Shown: positions 49,875 through 63,805, counted from the first letter of the stretch. The stretch is 64,000 nt of DNA from Phoronis australis (GCA_002633005.1 NMRA01000331.1:134542-198541); one strand, 5' to 3'. Program-made: numbers and translations. Notes: generated by a model from the sequence alone, not told the origin.

Positions 49875-50742
49875 ATAGATTATTACATGGCGAAGTCATT
49901 ATCCCCCGTTATATAGAGCCCGAGTGGATTTTGGAGAATTATCGCCCGAGGGGCGTCAGCCCCGAGGGTGATAATTCTGCAAAATCCACGAGGGCTCTAG
50001 ATAAGGGGGATAACGACTGAGAACATGTAATAATCTATTTATACCACATACTAAACGAGAAACATTGCAATGAATCTATCTACCTTTCTCGACTCGCCTC
50101 GGCATTGTAACTACTTTCTATGTCAGAGGACCGGGGTCGGAGGTCGTGACCTTTTAAGAAAAGCCGAGCTATTTTTGTCAAATAATGCTTATACTCAAAA
50201 CCAATTAGAAATTTAAACAAAATAGAAATGAAGTGAATCTCTAAATTTAGGTTAAGCAACTACTATAGCTTAAAACACGTTTTTTACACGCTAAGCTTCG
50301 ACCGGGAAATTATCGTCTGCTAAAGTAGGTTACCACTGGTAACTGAATATAATTCTCAAGTCAAAGATCCTGACGACACGATACCCGCATTCAAACTGGA
50401 GATCGGTGATTTACAAGTAAGAGGACATGAAAGAAAAATTTCACTGAAGATATCATTTTTATGGAAATTATGTGTCTTATTTTTCGTAGCGTATAAGTAC
50501 AGTACGATGCGGTTTGTTGAACGTGCGATTATTGCGCGTGCTCATTTAAGTATTCTATTTTCACTCTTGATGACGTCAGTCGCTGCGTGGTGTAGTGGTT
50601 AAGTCGGCGACCTCCAAACTCTAGGGACCCGGGTTCGACTCCGTCCTCGGTTTCCCGCCAAATCGTTATCTCACTAGTGAGATAACTTTATGGGTTATTA
50701 CACGGTTTTATCTGCCATTTGACGCTAATATTGTGGTATAAA
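49875..50742 (+). mobile_element. Crypton-like non-autonomous element with a terminal 164-bp palindrome
   Basis: Hairpin 49875-50038 centred on GGGGCGTCAGCCCC, followed by TTTATACCACA (50038-50048) whose inverse TGTGGTATAAA lies at 50732-50742. This layout recalls non-autonomous Cryptons. Confidence 0.6.
50578..50655 (+). other. tRNA-like sequence (Pol III A and B boxes) within the Crypton-like element
   Basis: A box TGGTGTAGTGG, B box GGTTCGACTCC, tRNA spacing. The acceptor and anticodon stems pair poorly, so it is not a functional tRNA. Confidence 0.55.
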
Positions 50743-51814
50743 AACTTATATTACAGACGGACGAATGTTGCTCGCAGGAAGCATTTCAACCAGATATAAT
50801 TATGCAGAAATTGACGTTTTGGCATTATATTGACTTCACGCTTACTGACACATGTCGTGAGATAGGAAAATAATTGATAGGAAAATTTTCCATACAACGT
50901 TCATGAGATGTCGTTATATCAGCTGAAGAAAAAGAAGTATAGTGCGTTTGATTGTAAGCATTTTCTTGTGAAACTCTACAGGCGTTTTGAATAAAAAATG
51001 TCATTAGATTTTATACGAAACTGCATCCAGATGACGACTTTTCTACCAGTCCCGCATTCTGTGCAACGACTTGCAATAATTAAATACGAAGCGGATGTGA
51101 GGTCATGATCGCCAGCGCGTTGTCATTCTGACGTATTGAAGTCGGGACCTTCTTTTAATACCCTTGCGGTTAACAAATATAAAACCAAAATACAAAACGT
51201 TGCAATATCTAAGTTGATTCTTAGGTTTTTCATGTCATTTGAGAATTCTTATTAAAGTGTGTTACTTTTTGTACTTGGACACTTACGACCCCATTACATG
51301 TTGGTCAAACAGAGAGAGTTTTATACTGAGCTGTTTTCAAAGTTTGTCAAAAATCAGTACTGAGTATTCATGCAATTCGAGAAAAAATATGCTTGTTTCC
51401 CAGGCAGTAGCATGACAAATTTTATCACCTAAAAATACCAATATATATTTCAGGATTTGTTATTTCTAATAACGTTAATCTGCAGTAATGCAAGGGTTAC
51501 AAGAGTTGTTTGTAACTTTATCACAAAACAGATAACTGGACAAGTGAGCATTCGGTATAGACATAGTCGGATAAAACAACTTCTTCAGACTATAATGTGA
51601 GACATGTCGACATTCCACCAGACAATGGAAAACTTCCGACTAATCGGTCTTGAGCTTTATAGCCCACGTCGTACGTTTGTAAAACAGTTTAAGTATCTGA
51701 GAAAGCACTGGGTTATTCCAAGTTTACTTTATTCACAGGTAAATATATATATAACAATTTCCCCACGTGAATTACTCTCATCAAAATAGTCACGTTGTCG
51801 CCATTACAACCGGT

Positions 51815-52848
51815 GACCTCCAAGCATTTTTTAGTTTTTGAGGTTTCGGTTAGTTATTGTGAAATGAATACTATAAAATCTAATTAAATAAGCACCTTTG
51901 GTGCCAAATAGTCGCGATTTTTTTAATTTTGAAGAAAAATTAGTTGTTTCCATGTTTCCCGCCAAATGATGTAATGGTGGAACTCAGCAAATCAGAAGAC
52001 GAGGACGATTTTGAGCGTAAACTGGACAATTAGTATCCATGCAGAGAAGAGAGTGGGTATGGGCATCTCACTCAAGTAGCTGAAGAATCAAACAATGAAT
52101 TGGCGAACTTTCGTCAGTGAGGCCGTATGAACACGACCCACTTGCACGAGAAATGCTGGAGGCGTATGTGAGCCACAACCAACGGAACCAAGGGGTGGTC
52201 AACATCCACGAAATAGACACTTAATGATATTCACTGACAAAGGGCACCGTAGTAAACCTGGCTCACTCGTATTTACTATTGTCATGATGGAATGAGCACG
52301 GTATAAACACAAAGCATAAGCCTACGTGTCATAGCACTCGACCTGGGCCGGGGTCGAGGGTATGGCAATACTCGCTCTAGAATAAATGTAGGTAGTTTGT
52401 TCGTTATTTATAAAATTTTTATACACTTAAAAGTTGGCGAGTCCTTCATCGAGACGCCGCTTTTGTGTTTGGTCGACGAAACACGATTCCTTGAAATGTG
52501 CCGAACAAAGTGTGGCTCTCAACTGAATCGCATGTTCCACACCGACATTCCACACTCTCGTGCTGTGCACAAACCGATGCCACTTCTGCGCAACTTTCAC
52601 GTCTTTAGGCAATTTGAACACAGAGACGTTCTCAGTCAAGTTGCTGTTACTACAGCCTCCACAAACGCACCTTTTCATGTCTGAAAAACCTAAGGCGGCT
52701 CTCCGCGGACTTCTCTCACAACTCCTCAGTATCGCACTGATAAAAACTACAATAGCGGAGTCGGTAAGCCAAGTATACTACAGGCTATTAAATCTCTTAA
52801 GATGTATTAATAAAATTTTTGGAGACACAGGGTCATGGTGGGAACTCT
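51815..52848 (-). mobile_element. Kolobok-like ~1.1-kb non-autonomous family, copy D
   Basis: Ends CATGGTGGGAACTCT + TTAA (52849-52852); the other end is degraded. Holds the best-preserved THAP frame of the family. Confidence 0.88.
52427..52678 (-). pseudogene. THAP-domain ORF of copy D (83 aa)
   Basis: MKRCVCGGCSNS...VFKLPKD....KWHRFV...TLCSAHFKESCF carries the C2CH THAP signature but lacks the terminal AVPTIF-like box. Confidence 0.7.
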
Positions 52849-53448
52849 TTAACCTGACATGTGCCTACTCTGACTTTTAACGTTAATTTTGTCAGTAAAA
52901 ATGTAAACGATGTGCGTTCCGTGGAAAGCACTGAAAAATAAAATTCAATTGTGCATCTATGTTTCATGGTGTACATCAACGTAGGATGTGGGACCGCGGT
53001 AATGTTACTCAAATATTGTTTTGCCAACAGGTAATTACAACATCCATGACGTAAGTATAGTAAATGGATTCAGGGCGCCCAGGCACACCTGGATCCGCCT
53101 CAGTAGGTGTCAGTTTAGAGAACTCATCAGTACTGTCGATGAATATGACTGAACTGAAACGTCGATCTTCTGCAATGCCAATAACAAATGCGAAACAGCT
53201 TAACTTTCGTCCTAATGAAGAAACTGGAATGAGCATGCATAGCGTTTTTGCATGTGTTTTAGAAAGACTGTGGCATGTTAAGTACTTAAATGTTTCGTCG
53301 CGGGCAAGGAAATGTCAAGTAACATTAGGGGTTTAACATTAACAGCTTCATTGAATCGCATTATATCGTTGCTGGTGCTCCTTTTTCAGCTTTTTAGGTA
53401 TGAAGGGAGATGACAACATGTTTTACAAAAGGTTCAAAATGGACCTAC

Positions 53449-54154
53449 CGCCATAATCTCTTCCAACAAGTTTGTACAATATCTCGCTGTATTGGTTCTC
53501 ATTATCCAGTCGACGGAATACAACAGTAATGTTCCCAGGTAGAAGTTTCATTGCATTGAAAAGACCATCAGCCGCGAAATGACACTGTTGGGGCATGTGA
53601 CCGACGTAATGTTTATCATAAATCAACGCATACTTCTTCCATTTGTATGAACGTAACAGCGTCCAAAAGAAATTCGTAGCAGAAGGGAAATGGGCCATTC
53701 CGACGCGTGTCAACATGCGGTACATACCGGCCCTATCATTCAGAAAATCGCTGGATATGCCTCCTGCTGAAAGAACGGGTATGTTCCAGAACTTTGCCTG
53801 TCTTACTACAGGGGCTAACGCCCATCCACAGGCTGGGCCAATAAAAACATCAACCTTCTTTTCTGTAAAGACATTGAAGGCTTCGTTTATACCCTCATCT
53901 ATTTTGCATTTGGAATCCTTATAATGTACGGTGAAGTTCACTCCCGCTAGCATACGACTTTCTTTTACTTTGTCTATGGCCATATCCAGTGCAGGCCTGA
54001 CTCTTGGAATGGAAAATTTATACGAAGAGTTGGAGGGTAAAATAATAGCAAGTCGCACCGAGCAATCGGAGATGCCTCTTGTGAAGGCGGACCCATGTGA
54101 ACAACCGTAGCTAAGTAACACGCCTGCACTGAGCAACACAACCACGAACGCCAT
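53449..54154 (-). CDS. First coding exon of a natriuretic peptide receptor / receptor guanylyl cyclase-like protein (signal peptide + ANF-receptor ligand-binding domain)
   Basis: ATG at 54154 in a strong context (ACTATGG) with an upstream in-frame TAA; hydrophobic signal MAFVVVLLSAGVLLSYG. Motifs FSIPRVRPALDMAI, YKDSKC, VDVFIGPAC..ALAPV.R....WNIPVLSAG, YRMLTRVG, W. Phase-1 donor G|GTAGGT at 53449/53448. Confidence 0.92.
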
Positions 54155-55945
54155 AGTAATCCACGATATGACCACACGCTGTTTCCTTTAGGCAATGGCA
54201 AGTTTCTCAGAAGTCGTATCCACAAAAGACTTTTTATACAAATAATCTTATTAGTGTTGATGCTGTATGCATTTTGCGTATTGACTTTTTAGACTTCCTT
54301 TCAGCACACTGTCAAATCTCCATCTATAAGAGATGCATCAACACATCAGCACTTCTAATTGATAAGACAGTTGACGTACTAAGACGAACTCGATGAATTT
54401 CATACTTCGGCCATAGTGTTCACTCGCGTCTTTAACACAGTTCTTTTTCTTGTCTTTGCTAATGGACCTTCCTCACACTGTAGTAACAACGTCTAGTAAT
54501 ACTCATTAGAACTTTTTGCTCAGGTATTACCATTCACCAGCGCTCGCAAGCGCCATCCGTTCCATCCGATTACACCATGATCTTTTTCACTTCTCGTCCG
54601 TTAAAAGCACGTTTAATTTCGGTAAAATTTGCTATTAATTTGTTCAAGATTTGCACTTTTATAACAAGACCTATTTAAACGTCGTACTTCTCGCACCGGT
54701 TTTACACATTATAGATGCCTGTGCGTTAGTATACCTATTCTACTATAGCAGCTCAATCAATCAAATGAAAATCATATACCACGGTGACAAGGGGGTATTA
54801 CACTATTAAAAATACCCATATTTAGAGGACCTCGGTTAACGGCAATTATCGATTACAGCGGCAATACCTAACTTTGCAAATGTCTGCTTCGCGTTTTTAT
54901 TAACGTAGCAACAGAAATTATGTGCAACGATTAGTTTCCAGTGATTTGTCTAGTAAACTTTGCACAATACCAATGAATACTCACAAATGTTATATCAATC
55001 ACACTCGCTAACATTTGGCGATGTATCAATGGTGCGGGCATAATTTATTGAGGGCAAAGGTTCCCCGTTCCGCCAATGAAACACTGCCACCTATACACTT
55101 TATTCACGCGGCGGACATTAAAATCGAAAGCGAGGCTCACTGCGATAAACAAAGCGGAAATTTACATTGCGTGAGTTAAATGGCCGGTCTTTAGAGTCCA
55201 ACCTGAATATTAAATCTTAAAAAATGTGTCAATAATTAACCACAGAGACGTAGAAAAATACAGTTAACGAACAAGTCAATGCACCAAAGAGCTGTCTGAC
55301 GAAAGGATATAGGTTTTTTCCGGAAAACTAGGTTCGAAACATGAAAAGTAAACATGACCAAATTGCGGCGATCGTACTGTTACGGACTAGGTATCATGCT
55401 GAATGCAGGATTACGTTTCTTCTAATAAATTCTTGATAGAAATGCTTTCTACACGAACCAGGTCAACTGGTCGTATTGTTGACGAGTTGAAGATATATTT
55501 GACAGTGGTGGCTCATAGCATTTTGCTGTCATGTGCAATTAGTCTCATCTGGTTTAATTTGTTGATCAAGAGTAGGCCTATTAGCTTCAAGCACATCCTA
55601 GGTCCTGGTGAGGTAGGTACTACCGGGACTAACAGTTGATTTGTCATTGATCTGAAATAATACTTGATGTTTTTAAATATTATCTTGATTACGATAAAAA
55701 ACTAGGCTCGCAATTGAAAATAAAAATTATATTACCATCAATTCTGCTTTCTTGGTTTTAATAATTACGTCTATTTCATATGTTATATTTTTTAAATATC
55801 AATCTCGACCAAGTTGAATTTTAAAATTAAAACACCTAATTCTTTAGTCCAAATCATAACCTCGTTTTAGAGCTCAATTTCAATTAACTGGACAGAACAC
55901 AGTGGAAGATTTAGAGGGGAGCCAAGGGGCTATACCCCAGCCCCC

Positions 55946-56100
55946 NNNNNNNNNNNNNNNNNNNNNNNNNNNNNNNNNNNNNNNNNNNNNNNNNNNNNNN
56001 NNNNNNNNNNNNNNNNNNNNNNNNNNNNNNNNNNNNNNNNNNNNNNNNNNNNNNNNNNNNNNNNNNNNNNNNNNNNNNNNNNNNNNNNNNNNNNNNNNNN
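55946..56100. other. Assembly gap (N run), starting inside a CAGTGG-type GC-rich MITE
   Basis: Run of n characters preceded by CAGTGGAAGATTTAGAGGGGAGCCAAGGGG, similar to the start of the element at 59849. Confidence 0.95.
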
Positions 56101-57561
56101 TCTGTCTCAAATAGCATTTTCAGTGGCTGATCTAGGATACCATATAGGCCTATAGTGAGGGGGGGCGGAGGCGACATCCTCGGAGAAGCGGGCAAAGTGC
56201 GATTGTATGCACGCAGGCGGCCCGGAAGTTGCGGGCGCCGAGGACGTTTACCTTCTGCTCAGGAAATCTGTCGTTGGACTAAAAAAATAAAACGGAACGT
56301 GTTTTCCCCCCTCGTCCGCTACCGGTCCTAGCTCGAACTCACGTTTTTTTATTTTGCTTGCGGCAGTCAAAGGGGGGGCAGCGGCAACTCTTTCCCCTCC
56401 CCCCCCCCCCATCCGCCTATGATTTTGTACTTTTTAAAATTGTCATCTCTGTGGTCACAGGTGCTTTGAACCGTTGGAGAGAAATTTTCAATCAAAAAGG
56501 GGATTTTTAGGCCTCGTGGCCGGGAATTTTTCAGTATTTTTGAGAGGGGAATAGGGCCGACATTTGGCCCCAAAATTGAGGGATTGAGGGCCCTGTCCTT
56601 TTTGTAAAGAAAAATGCATCGCGCTTCAACCCATAGTCATGAAAACACAGCCTGGCTGGCCGAAGATTCTCCGGTCCTCGTTGCTATGGCGGCATCCAAT
56701 CCGAGATGCGACAAATTATGATTCGAAAACAGTTATAAATTTTACACGGACATATTTTCCTTCGTCGCGGCGTATGGCAAGGACCCAACGCTTCCGAATC
56801 CCAACGTCCTTAGGGATTGTAAAACAGAGTGTCCGTATTTTTTGTAGCTGTTCGAGCAACGCGTAGTACAACTACGCGGATAAGCCACCAGAACTATCGT
56901 AGCGAGCCTCGTTTTGGAACGCGCCTCCTGTCGGCGTGAATAGGGTCTATGGATTCCGTTCAAAAATTTTTGTTCAGTTGCATATTACTACATGCATGGA
57001 CATTTGACCAATAGTTTCAACAACATTTCCTGAGCCGGGGATTTTGCGCCGATCCTTCTTTTTGCACGACAGAGGATACCATGGAGTCTGCTAATTGCTG
57101 AATATTTTCGATGGACTTGAATTTAAATTTGTCAAACAAACCTACGTGCGCGTGAGACAACCATTAACCTGCTCACGGTGAAATAAGCTTCATTTTGCAG
57201 AAGGGTCTCAAGACTTTTATAACGGCCCGTTCTCGGCAATTTGTGAGTACATGATATAATCCCCCATCTTTCTCTTCTCGATGGGTATTTTGTCTCCATT
57301 TATGTCGTTGATGCAGAGTGTCTTACTTTTTACCATCTTTCGGCTCCGCCAATCTTTTTTGCACCACCTGACTGAACATAGATAGACAGATTTTTATGCG
57401 ACTATGACACACGTCTCTTCCCACGGGACAGAAACCACGCTGACGAACTGCGGAGGCACGCGCACGCTTTCCCATGTGGCGCCATCTATAAGTTACCAGC
57501 TGATTAATAGATTGCCTACAGCAGCAAGGCCGGGGGGGGAGGGGTAAGTATACGTTCGAAC

Positions 57562-59363
57562 CATAGAATGCTAACTCCAATTTCGCGGCCTCTGAGGTTT
57601 CGCCGCATGCTTCAGAGTTGTTTGCATTCGTTTGTTTCGGTGTGTGTAAATGCTATGGAATTAATTGCCATTAAAACTTTTCCCAGCTCCGTCGTTTTTC
57701 AACCCAATTGCATAATGGTCATGTCATCAGAAATCCCTTTGTCAGTTCTTGATGATTATATCAGAAGCAAAAAAAAATAATTTGATTCATAAGTAATTAT
57801 CATTTCGCATTCCTGAGTGGTTTGAAAATATTTTTTAAAAAATAGAATCGAATCAAAATTCTAAAAACCAAGATTGTTACCAAAATGCGAAATATGACAG
57901 CGTGTAATAGTAACATAAAAAGGAAATACCCAGAGATGTTATTTAATTGACTTGTTAAGCCATTAGGAAAAGAATTTCAATGATTCAAACGATTTCTACC
58001 CAATAAATACAAAGGTTTTAGAATATGTATGCCTCACACTTGCTGTGGATAATTTAGTCAGGCATTCGTCCAAAATTTTACATCTTTTTTTATCATAATT
58101 AATTGGATCTTTGGTGCTGTTTGATACAATTGTTCAGAAAAAAAAATCAGAATGCGGTGACATTTACGCAGAATGCAATTAACTACTCCAAGAATCTATC
58201 CGAATTTCGCAGATAAAGGTTTTTTGGTAGATAAGAAATGGGCAAACATTTGTCACGTAGCTTTGAAATGTACAGTGGATAGCTCATCACATTGGTTGCA
58301 GCGTAGGCCTTTCCATAAAAGTTAGAAATAAACTCTTTTCTTCAGAAAGTTACAGTTATTGATCCTGATACATGTAGTGAATGTAAACGAGAGGCATTGG
58401 AATACATTTTTACGATTGTTGTGTTACTAAAGAAAGTGAACTCAGCAAAATAACAATATTCATAAAAGGAGACAATGTTATTTTGAACACATGTTGCATA
58501 GTTGTCACGGTCAACATTCAATAACGAAAAAAAACAACAGAAAAACTGGATTGAAAATTGGGACTTCAAGATAAAAACCGTGACATCTGTCCTTTTTTTC
58601 TTTTTTGTCGAGCGGGAAAATATGGCTCTGTCGCCTAGGAAATTACAATAGTATATGATAATAAGTCAATTTGGCCGAGTGTCAAAAAGCGGGACATTTA
58701 GATGGTGCGGCGGGATGGTGGAGATTTTTTAAAAAGTGTAACAGTCAGCGAAGAGCGGAGCAATTGACAAAGACACTGTACGCTGTCAATACTGGATTGG
58801 GTTATTTTACAAGGTGAACGTTTCATTCTTTAAATTTTATTTCGCAGGTAAGCAATTATGAGTAATTTTTCGAAAGTTACTTAAACTCTCCTGTTTTAGG
58901 GCCTAAAGTCATTTAGGGCAAATTTAACTTCTTTCCGTAAAATACTGTATCATTATTTTAAAACCTAAAATGTATTGTTGAAAAACTCCTGGCATGTAGT
59001 ATGATAGATTGTCGAAAGTGTTTCTGCGACTGGAGCTGTAAAAAGATATTAGAGGCCAAACTACTCCCCCGCGGCATTAACCAAGGGTCAAAGGTCAGTG
59101 GCAAGCGTAAATTGTCGGGTTTGTTGACGAAGTTTGGCGAGAAATGGCTGCATAAAACTGTACCTCAAGAGTCTCGCTTGATGAACAGTAATAACAAAAT
59201 GAAATTAATAGGCATGACTTGATAATTACCAACTCTCAATTAAAGTTCAAACAAGCAGGCAGCCGCAAATTCTCAGGGCAAACTTTCGCGGGACACAAGC
59301 TCTAATAATAGAATACGGGCACGGGCGGGAGTTGGCATCAGATTCCAAGGATAGAGTTCTATG
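57562..59363 (+). mobile_element. hAT-like non-autonomous element, 8-bp TSD
   Basis: GTTCGAAC at 57554-57561 and 59364-59371; termini CATAGAATGCTAAC / GATAGAGTTCTATG. A partial second copy lies at 23735-24590. Confidence 0.75.
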
Positions 59364-59848
59364 GTTCGAACGGATCATTTCCGGGAAAACTCCAAAGTCT
59401 GTTCTGGAACAGAATTCCTGAAACCATGCGAACCTTAGAATATGGGTTGTAGAACGACCGTGAATGCGCCATTCTGGGTGATAAGTGCATATTAAGAACG
59501 TCACACTTTTCCAGCTAAAAACTACAACTGGGCGTGTGTTAGCCAGGTAACCCAACACTAGAATCACAGTTTATGACACCAAAACAAATGTATGATCATA
59601 CGCTGCAAGACTTGAAGAGATAGTCATACTGAGATTTATGAAATGTCAAGGTCGGTAAAACATACGGTTAAGATAGCTTCCAAACTTGTTGCGCAATTTC
59701 ATTAGGTCCTATCTGGCCTTAGCCAGAAAACTCCGATGTCAAAAGTCAGTCCAAGACTTTCAAATTGTTCACTGATATTGAAGTAAAAAGAGCTTTTAAT
59801 ATGAAAACTGAAGAATTTTATTTCACGTGTAAATTTAAAGTATTTTAG

Positions 59849-60015
59849 CAGTAGCGGATTTAGAGGGGGCCAAGGGAGCCATGCCCCCCTAAAATTCTCC
59901 CAGATTACATTTGGCGGATCGAGGGTGCTGCGAATGTCTGACGGCCGGGGCAAAATCCTGGCTAATACCCTGTCCTGCCCCCGCCCCCTAACTCAAAATC
60001 CTGGATCCGCCCCTG
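59849..60015. mobile_element. Small GC-rich hAT-like MITE, apparent 5-bp TSD
   Basis: Termini CAGTAGCGGATTTAG / CTGGATCCGCCCCTG flanked by TTTAG on both sides. Confidence 0.7.
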
Positions 60016-60705
60016 TTTAGCTACGCAAAGGCGATCCTGCTGACGTGTAAGCGTATTTGCGTGTATGTGCGTGAGCGCGTGCGCGACACAGTTGGTTACA
60101 TGTGACCAAGTATTGTAATACAGCATGTTTAAAAAATATAGAAATGATTTAAAATGATGAAAATCAATTCTAGTTCATTCGATTTTATGCCATTCAAATT
60201 GTGTGTTTAAACGTTTAGTAACAGGCATATGACTGGTCGAAGCGCTAATTGCCGTATGTTCTCGAGTGCGCTGTTGCATAAGATCACCTGCTCAACCTTG
60301 TAAAAGTGATTGTTGGGTTATAGATCGGAAAACTAGACTAGTAATAATATCATTTATTACCCGGATAGATGGCGCTGCCTATCTACAAGACTAGTCAAAG
60401 GTAGCGCTACTTTCGATGGCGTTATCATCAGGTTTAGCTGCAAAATATTGGAATACTACCACTCTTTAACAGCGGCAATTCAAGAAAAGATTTTACTTTT
60501 GAATGGTTAGATTTTTGGCCAGATTATGACTCAATCTCCGAGTAAAATTCTACTTGAAATTATTCTCACTGGAGTTTAAAGAAAAATCGGGTGCAACATC
60601 GATTTATTGTTTACACTTGCCAATCACCAAAAATTTGTTGCAATATGTAGTCTTAAACAGACAGTACATACGTAGATACGTCGCTGTATATGACAAGCTA
60701 AGCAA

Positions 60706-60852
60706 TTACCAGTAGATGGGCATAGCATGCTAAACTGTTACCAGTAGATGGGCATAGCATGCTAGACTGTTACTAGTAGATGGGCATAGCATGCTAGACT
60801 GTTACCAGAAGATGGGCATAGCATGCTAGTCCGTTCCCAGTAGATGGGCATA
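60706..60852. repeat. 32-bp minisatellite, ~4.5 units
   Basis: Unit CCAGTAGATGGGCATAGCATGCTAGACTGTTA containing the palindrome TAGCATGCTA. Confidence 0.93.
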
Positions 60853-62387
60853 CTCCATTCATGTCCGTGCGTCTGTCAATATACGCAATCCGAGCATTTT
60901 TTATGTTTTAACATTACCTGGTTGACACAAAATTCATAGCGCCAGGGGAGATCAATTTTAGACTTAGTCTAGTAAAACACTCCCAGTCATCATTCAAAGA
61001 GTAACCGTCGAATACTAACATGCACAACTGTCGTAAGGAATTCCACATACGTGTACATCAAATATTCTTGGATCTGCGACCGGCTTCTAGTCGCTTTTTT
61101 TTGAAGTTGCATTTATGCTACGACTTGCAAATGTACACGTTGAATCGGAACGATATTGGTTATAATCTAAGGTCATATTAAACCGCTGTGTCACGTAGTT
61201 ATTCTGTGTTGAATTGTGGGATTGAATTCACAAATTTCTGTTTCAGAAGTAATGATATTCAAAGTTGTGTGAACGACGCATGTAGGAAGCAACATTGCAA
61301 AGTGATGCATATTTTCATCAGTCTCCCGCCAGGTGTCTTCGGTGTCCTACCGTTTATATGTACTTGGTACACGAAGTTGTAGTTCCATGTACGTTTCTGT
61401 GTAAACATACATGTACCAAAAACGATTTAAAAAACTTCCAAGGTAATAACAGCACACTGGCACAAGGTCAATCGTTGCATGAAATTCCAGGTGACGATGC
61501 AATCACTGACGTTTGTCAATCGTGATAAAGTTATCGCCAATTTTGAGAGATGATTATCTAAAATATCATAGCAACGCCTCCAATAGCTTGTTGATCGCCG
61601 ATATTAAAGGATAAAATATACGATAAAACATTTCTGCGTTATCTGAAGAAATTGTTCAGTATTACCCTGGTGGCAGTTGTCTGAGAACGCACAAACTGAT
61701 GAGAAATTAAGGACTTAAACTGAAATTCATTTCATATGAGACTTCGCACCTCCTGAGTTGAGGTTTTGATAATTCAACTGTGAACGATTGCCTTACTATT
61801 ATATATGTTATGGTACCGTTGACATTAACATAATGACTTTTACGTTGCCTTTTGGTGTGTTTACATTTTCGAGTTATTCAAAATTTAACATCCACAAAAA
61901 TGAGCACCTAAACATTTCAAAGACTTTGTTTTTGTCTAGGGTTTTCATTAAAACGAATAAGATCCTAACGAAAGTCTACGGACAGAAAGATTATTGAGTG
62001 GTGTAATTTGATTTGCTCATAAGCTAATATCTTTTTGGGTTATATAAATATCATTAAGTGAATCAATATACTTATTGCTATCAATATTAATCTCAGAGGG
62101 TTATGAACGTTGTCAAGGATGGTACGTGATGAAGATTTTAACAAGTCTCGAGAAGTCGGCAAAAATATCGGTCAAGAGTGAAGAGAATTAAAATTTTCCA
62201 AGTAATAGCACGCTAGGCCCATGTGACAGCTGAGTTAGGAGTTTTGAGATTAATACAAATTTCTATTTGCATTTTAAAGTAAAATTAGCACTTGAATGAA
62301 TATTTGGCAGTTTATTGACAGTTAACTTCTTCAGAGTTAAGTATTGATGTGCATACTTTTGTTAGGACGACTCCAGTATAAAAGTAG

Positions 62388-62457
62388 TCTACATTTGTAG
62401 TGTATTTTATTCCAATATGTCTACATTTGTAATGTATTTTATTCCAATATGTCTACA
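62388..62457. repeat. Local tandem duplication, 31-32-bp period, ~2 copies
   Basis: GTCTACATTTGTARTGTATTTTATTCCAATAT-like unit repeated. Confidence 0.85.
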
Positions 62458-63109
62458 CATTGCAGTAATAACAGCCATAGCAACCGTAGAAGCAATTTGC
62501 AGTTGTTCAAGCTGATGTACCGTGTGACCATAGAAAGCATATTGTTCAAATGAAAGCACTTACGAGGCAGAACCATCTATGTGACATGCGACGCTCTCTG
62601 AAATTTCACACTATTCACATATAATCAGGAATACTTCAACTCATGACTGAGACAGCAAAATTAAAGTCACTAGATAAATACGTTTACAAATATTTATACT
62701 GAAAAGTTTGATTTTACTTTGGAAAATGGTTAATCGAAATTGAAAATTGTTATGAAGAGATATCTCTATACAAGCAGCCAATGTCACAATGGAAATAAAT
62801 GTGATCTATACATGGACCATGTCATATTTTGGGCTATTCAGTCATTTGTACGAAAAAATGAACAGTAAAATGGTTTTTGTAGTATTATGTCGATGATGTG
62901 GCTAGAAAACGACATGAGCTCTATTTGTCTTTGAAAATCTGATCCCTGAATTTACTGAAAACATGCATGAAGAACAATATATATGAATAGCAACAAGCAG
63001 TCAAGCATTTGGTTCGTGGGCTGAATTCGTTACATTCAGCAATTCCGACCAAAATGAACATTAAGGTAAGCGGACGTGAAGATGTTCTTCACGTGGCGTC
63101 ACGTTTAAC

Positions 63110-63620
63110 GGAACACAGTCAGTTTTAAGGCCCGAAAGAAACGCGCTTCGGGAGTTATTTTTTGGTTGTGCCTGACATCTTGAAGTCATTAGCTCTGACC
63201 AAAGCTATCAAACAGCAATATGTTGTGTTTTTGTGATTCTATTGCAAATCACCGAAACCCAATTTTAACTGAAATAGAGGCGGCGGCTTTGCCAGCTGTT
63301 TCGTTACTAGGTGCCGTGAAAATGGCCGACGCAGGTATGTTGTAGTGCTCACCAAAGCCGACTTGAACAAAACCAAAGAGCTAATTTTTTAAGTCTTTGT
63401 CAGAGAAAGAGGCTCAGAGCCGAACATTATCGAGAGTAACCTCTCTAGAATAAGCATTATGGGATGGAATCGAATGCTGGACTGCCGTGCGAGGTGATTT
63501 GAACATTTCCTGGCACGCCTAGTTTTGGCCGACAGCTAAGTAAATTAACTTTCATCTTCTGTCCTCCAGAAATAGCTAACTTCTAATTATTTTGAACCTA
63601 AACCTAAATTGTTTTTGAAA
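63110..63620 (-). mobile_element. Diverged copy of the 45213-46225 MITE family
   Basis: GTGAAAATGGCCGACGCAGG (~63316-63335) is the reverse complement of ~45988-46007, and the flanking blocks are colinear. Confidence 0.6.
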
Positions 63621-63805
63621 AGCTTGTTATTCCCAGTGTTCTATTAATTAGCCGAATGAAATTTCGAGTCGAGTCTCAAAACTTTACGAAAATGGTCTCG
63701 GCCAGTCGGAGTCATAATTATACAAAACTCGATTTATTATATCGCCGAAGCTGCTAAAATAATTGTAACAGCTAACCTGGAGTATTACGTATAAGGCAAA
63801 GTGAG

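Noticed and set aside
50578-50655. Functional tRNA gene
   Set aside because: A and B boxes are present but the acceptor and anticodon stems do not pair; reported only as tRNA-like.
53130-53170. CTGTCGA...GAAACGTCG hammerhead-like string; a similar weak one lies at ~14345-14390 (-)
   Set aside because: The core box is mismatched and stem II is poor or absent.
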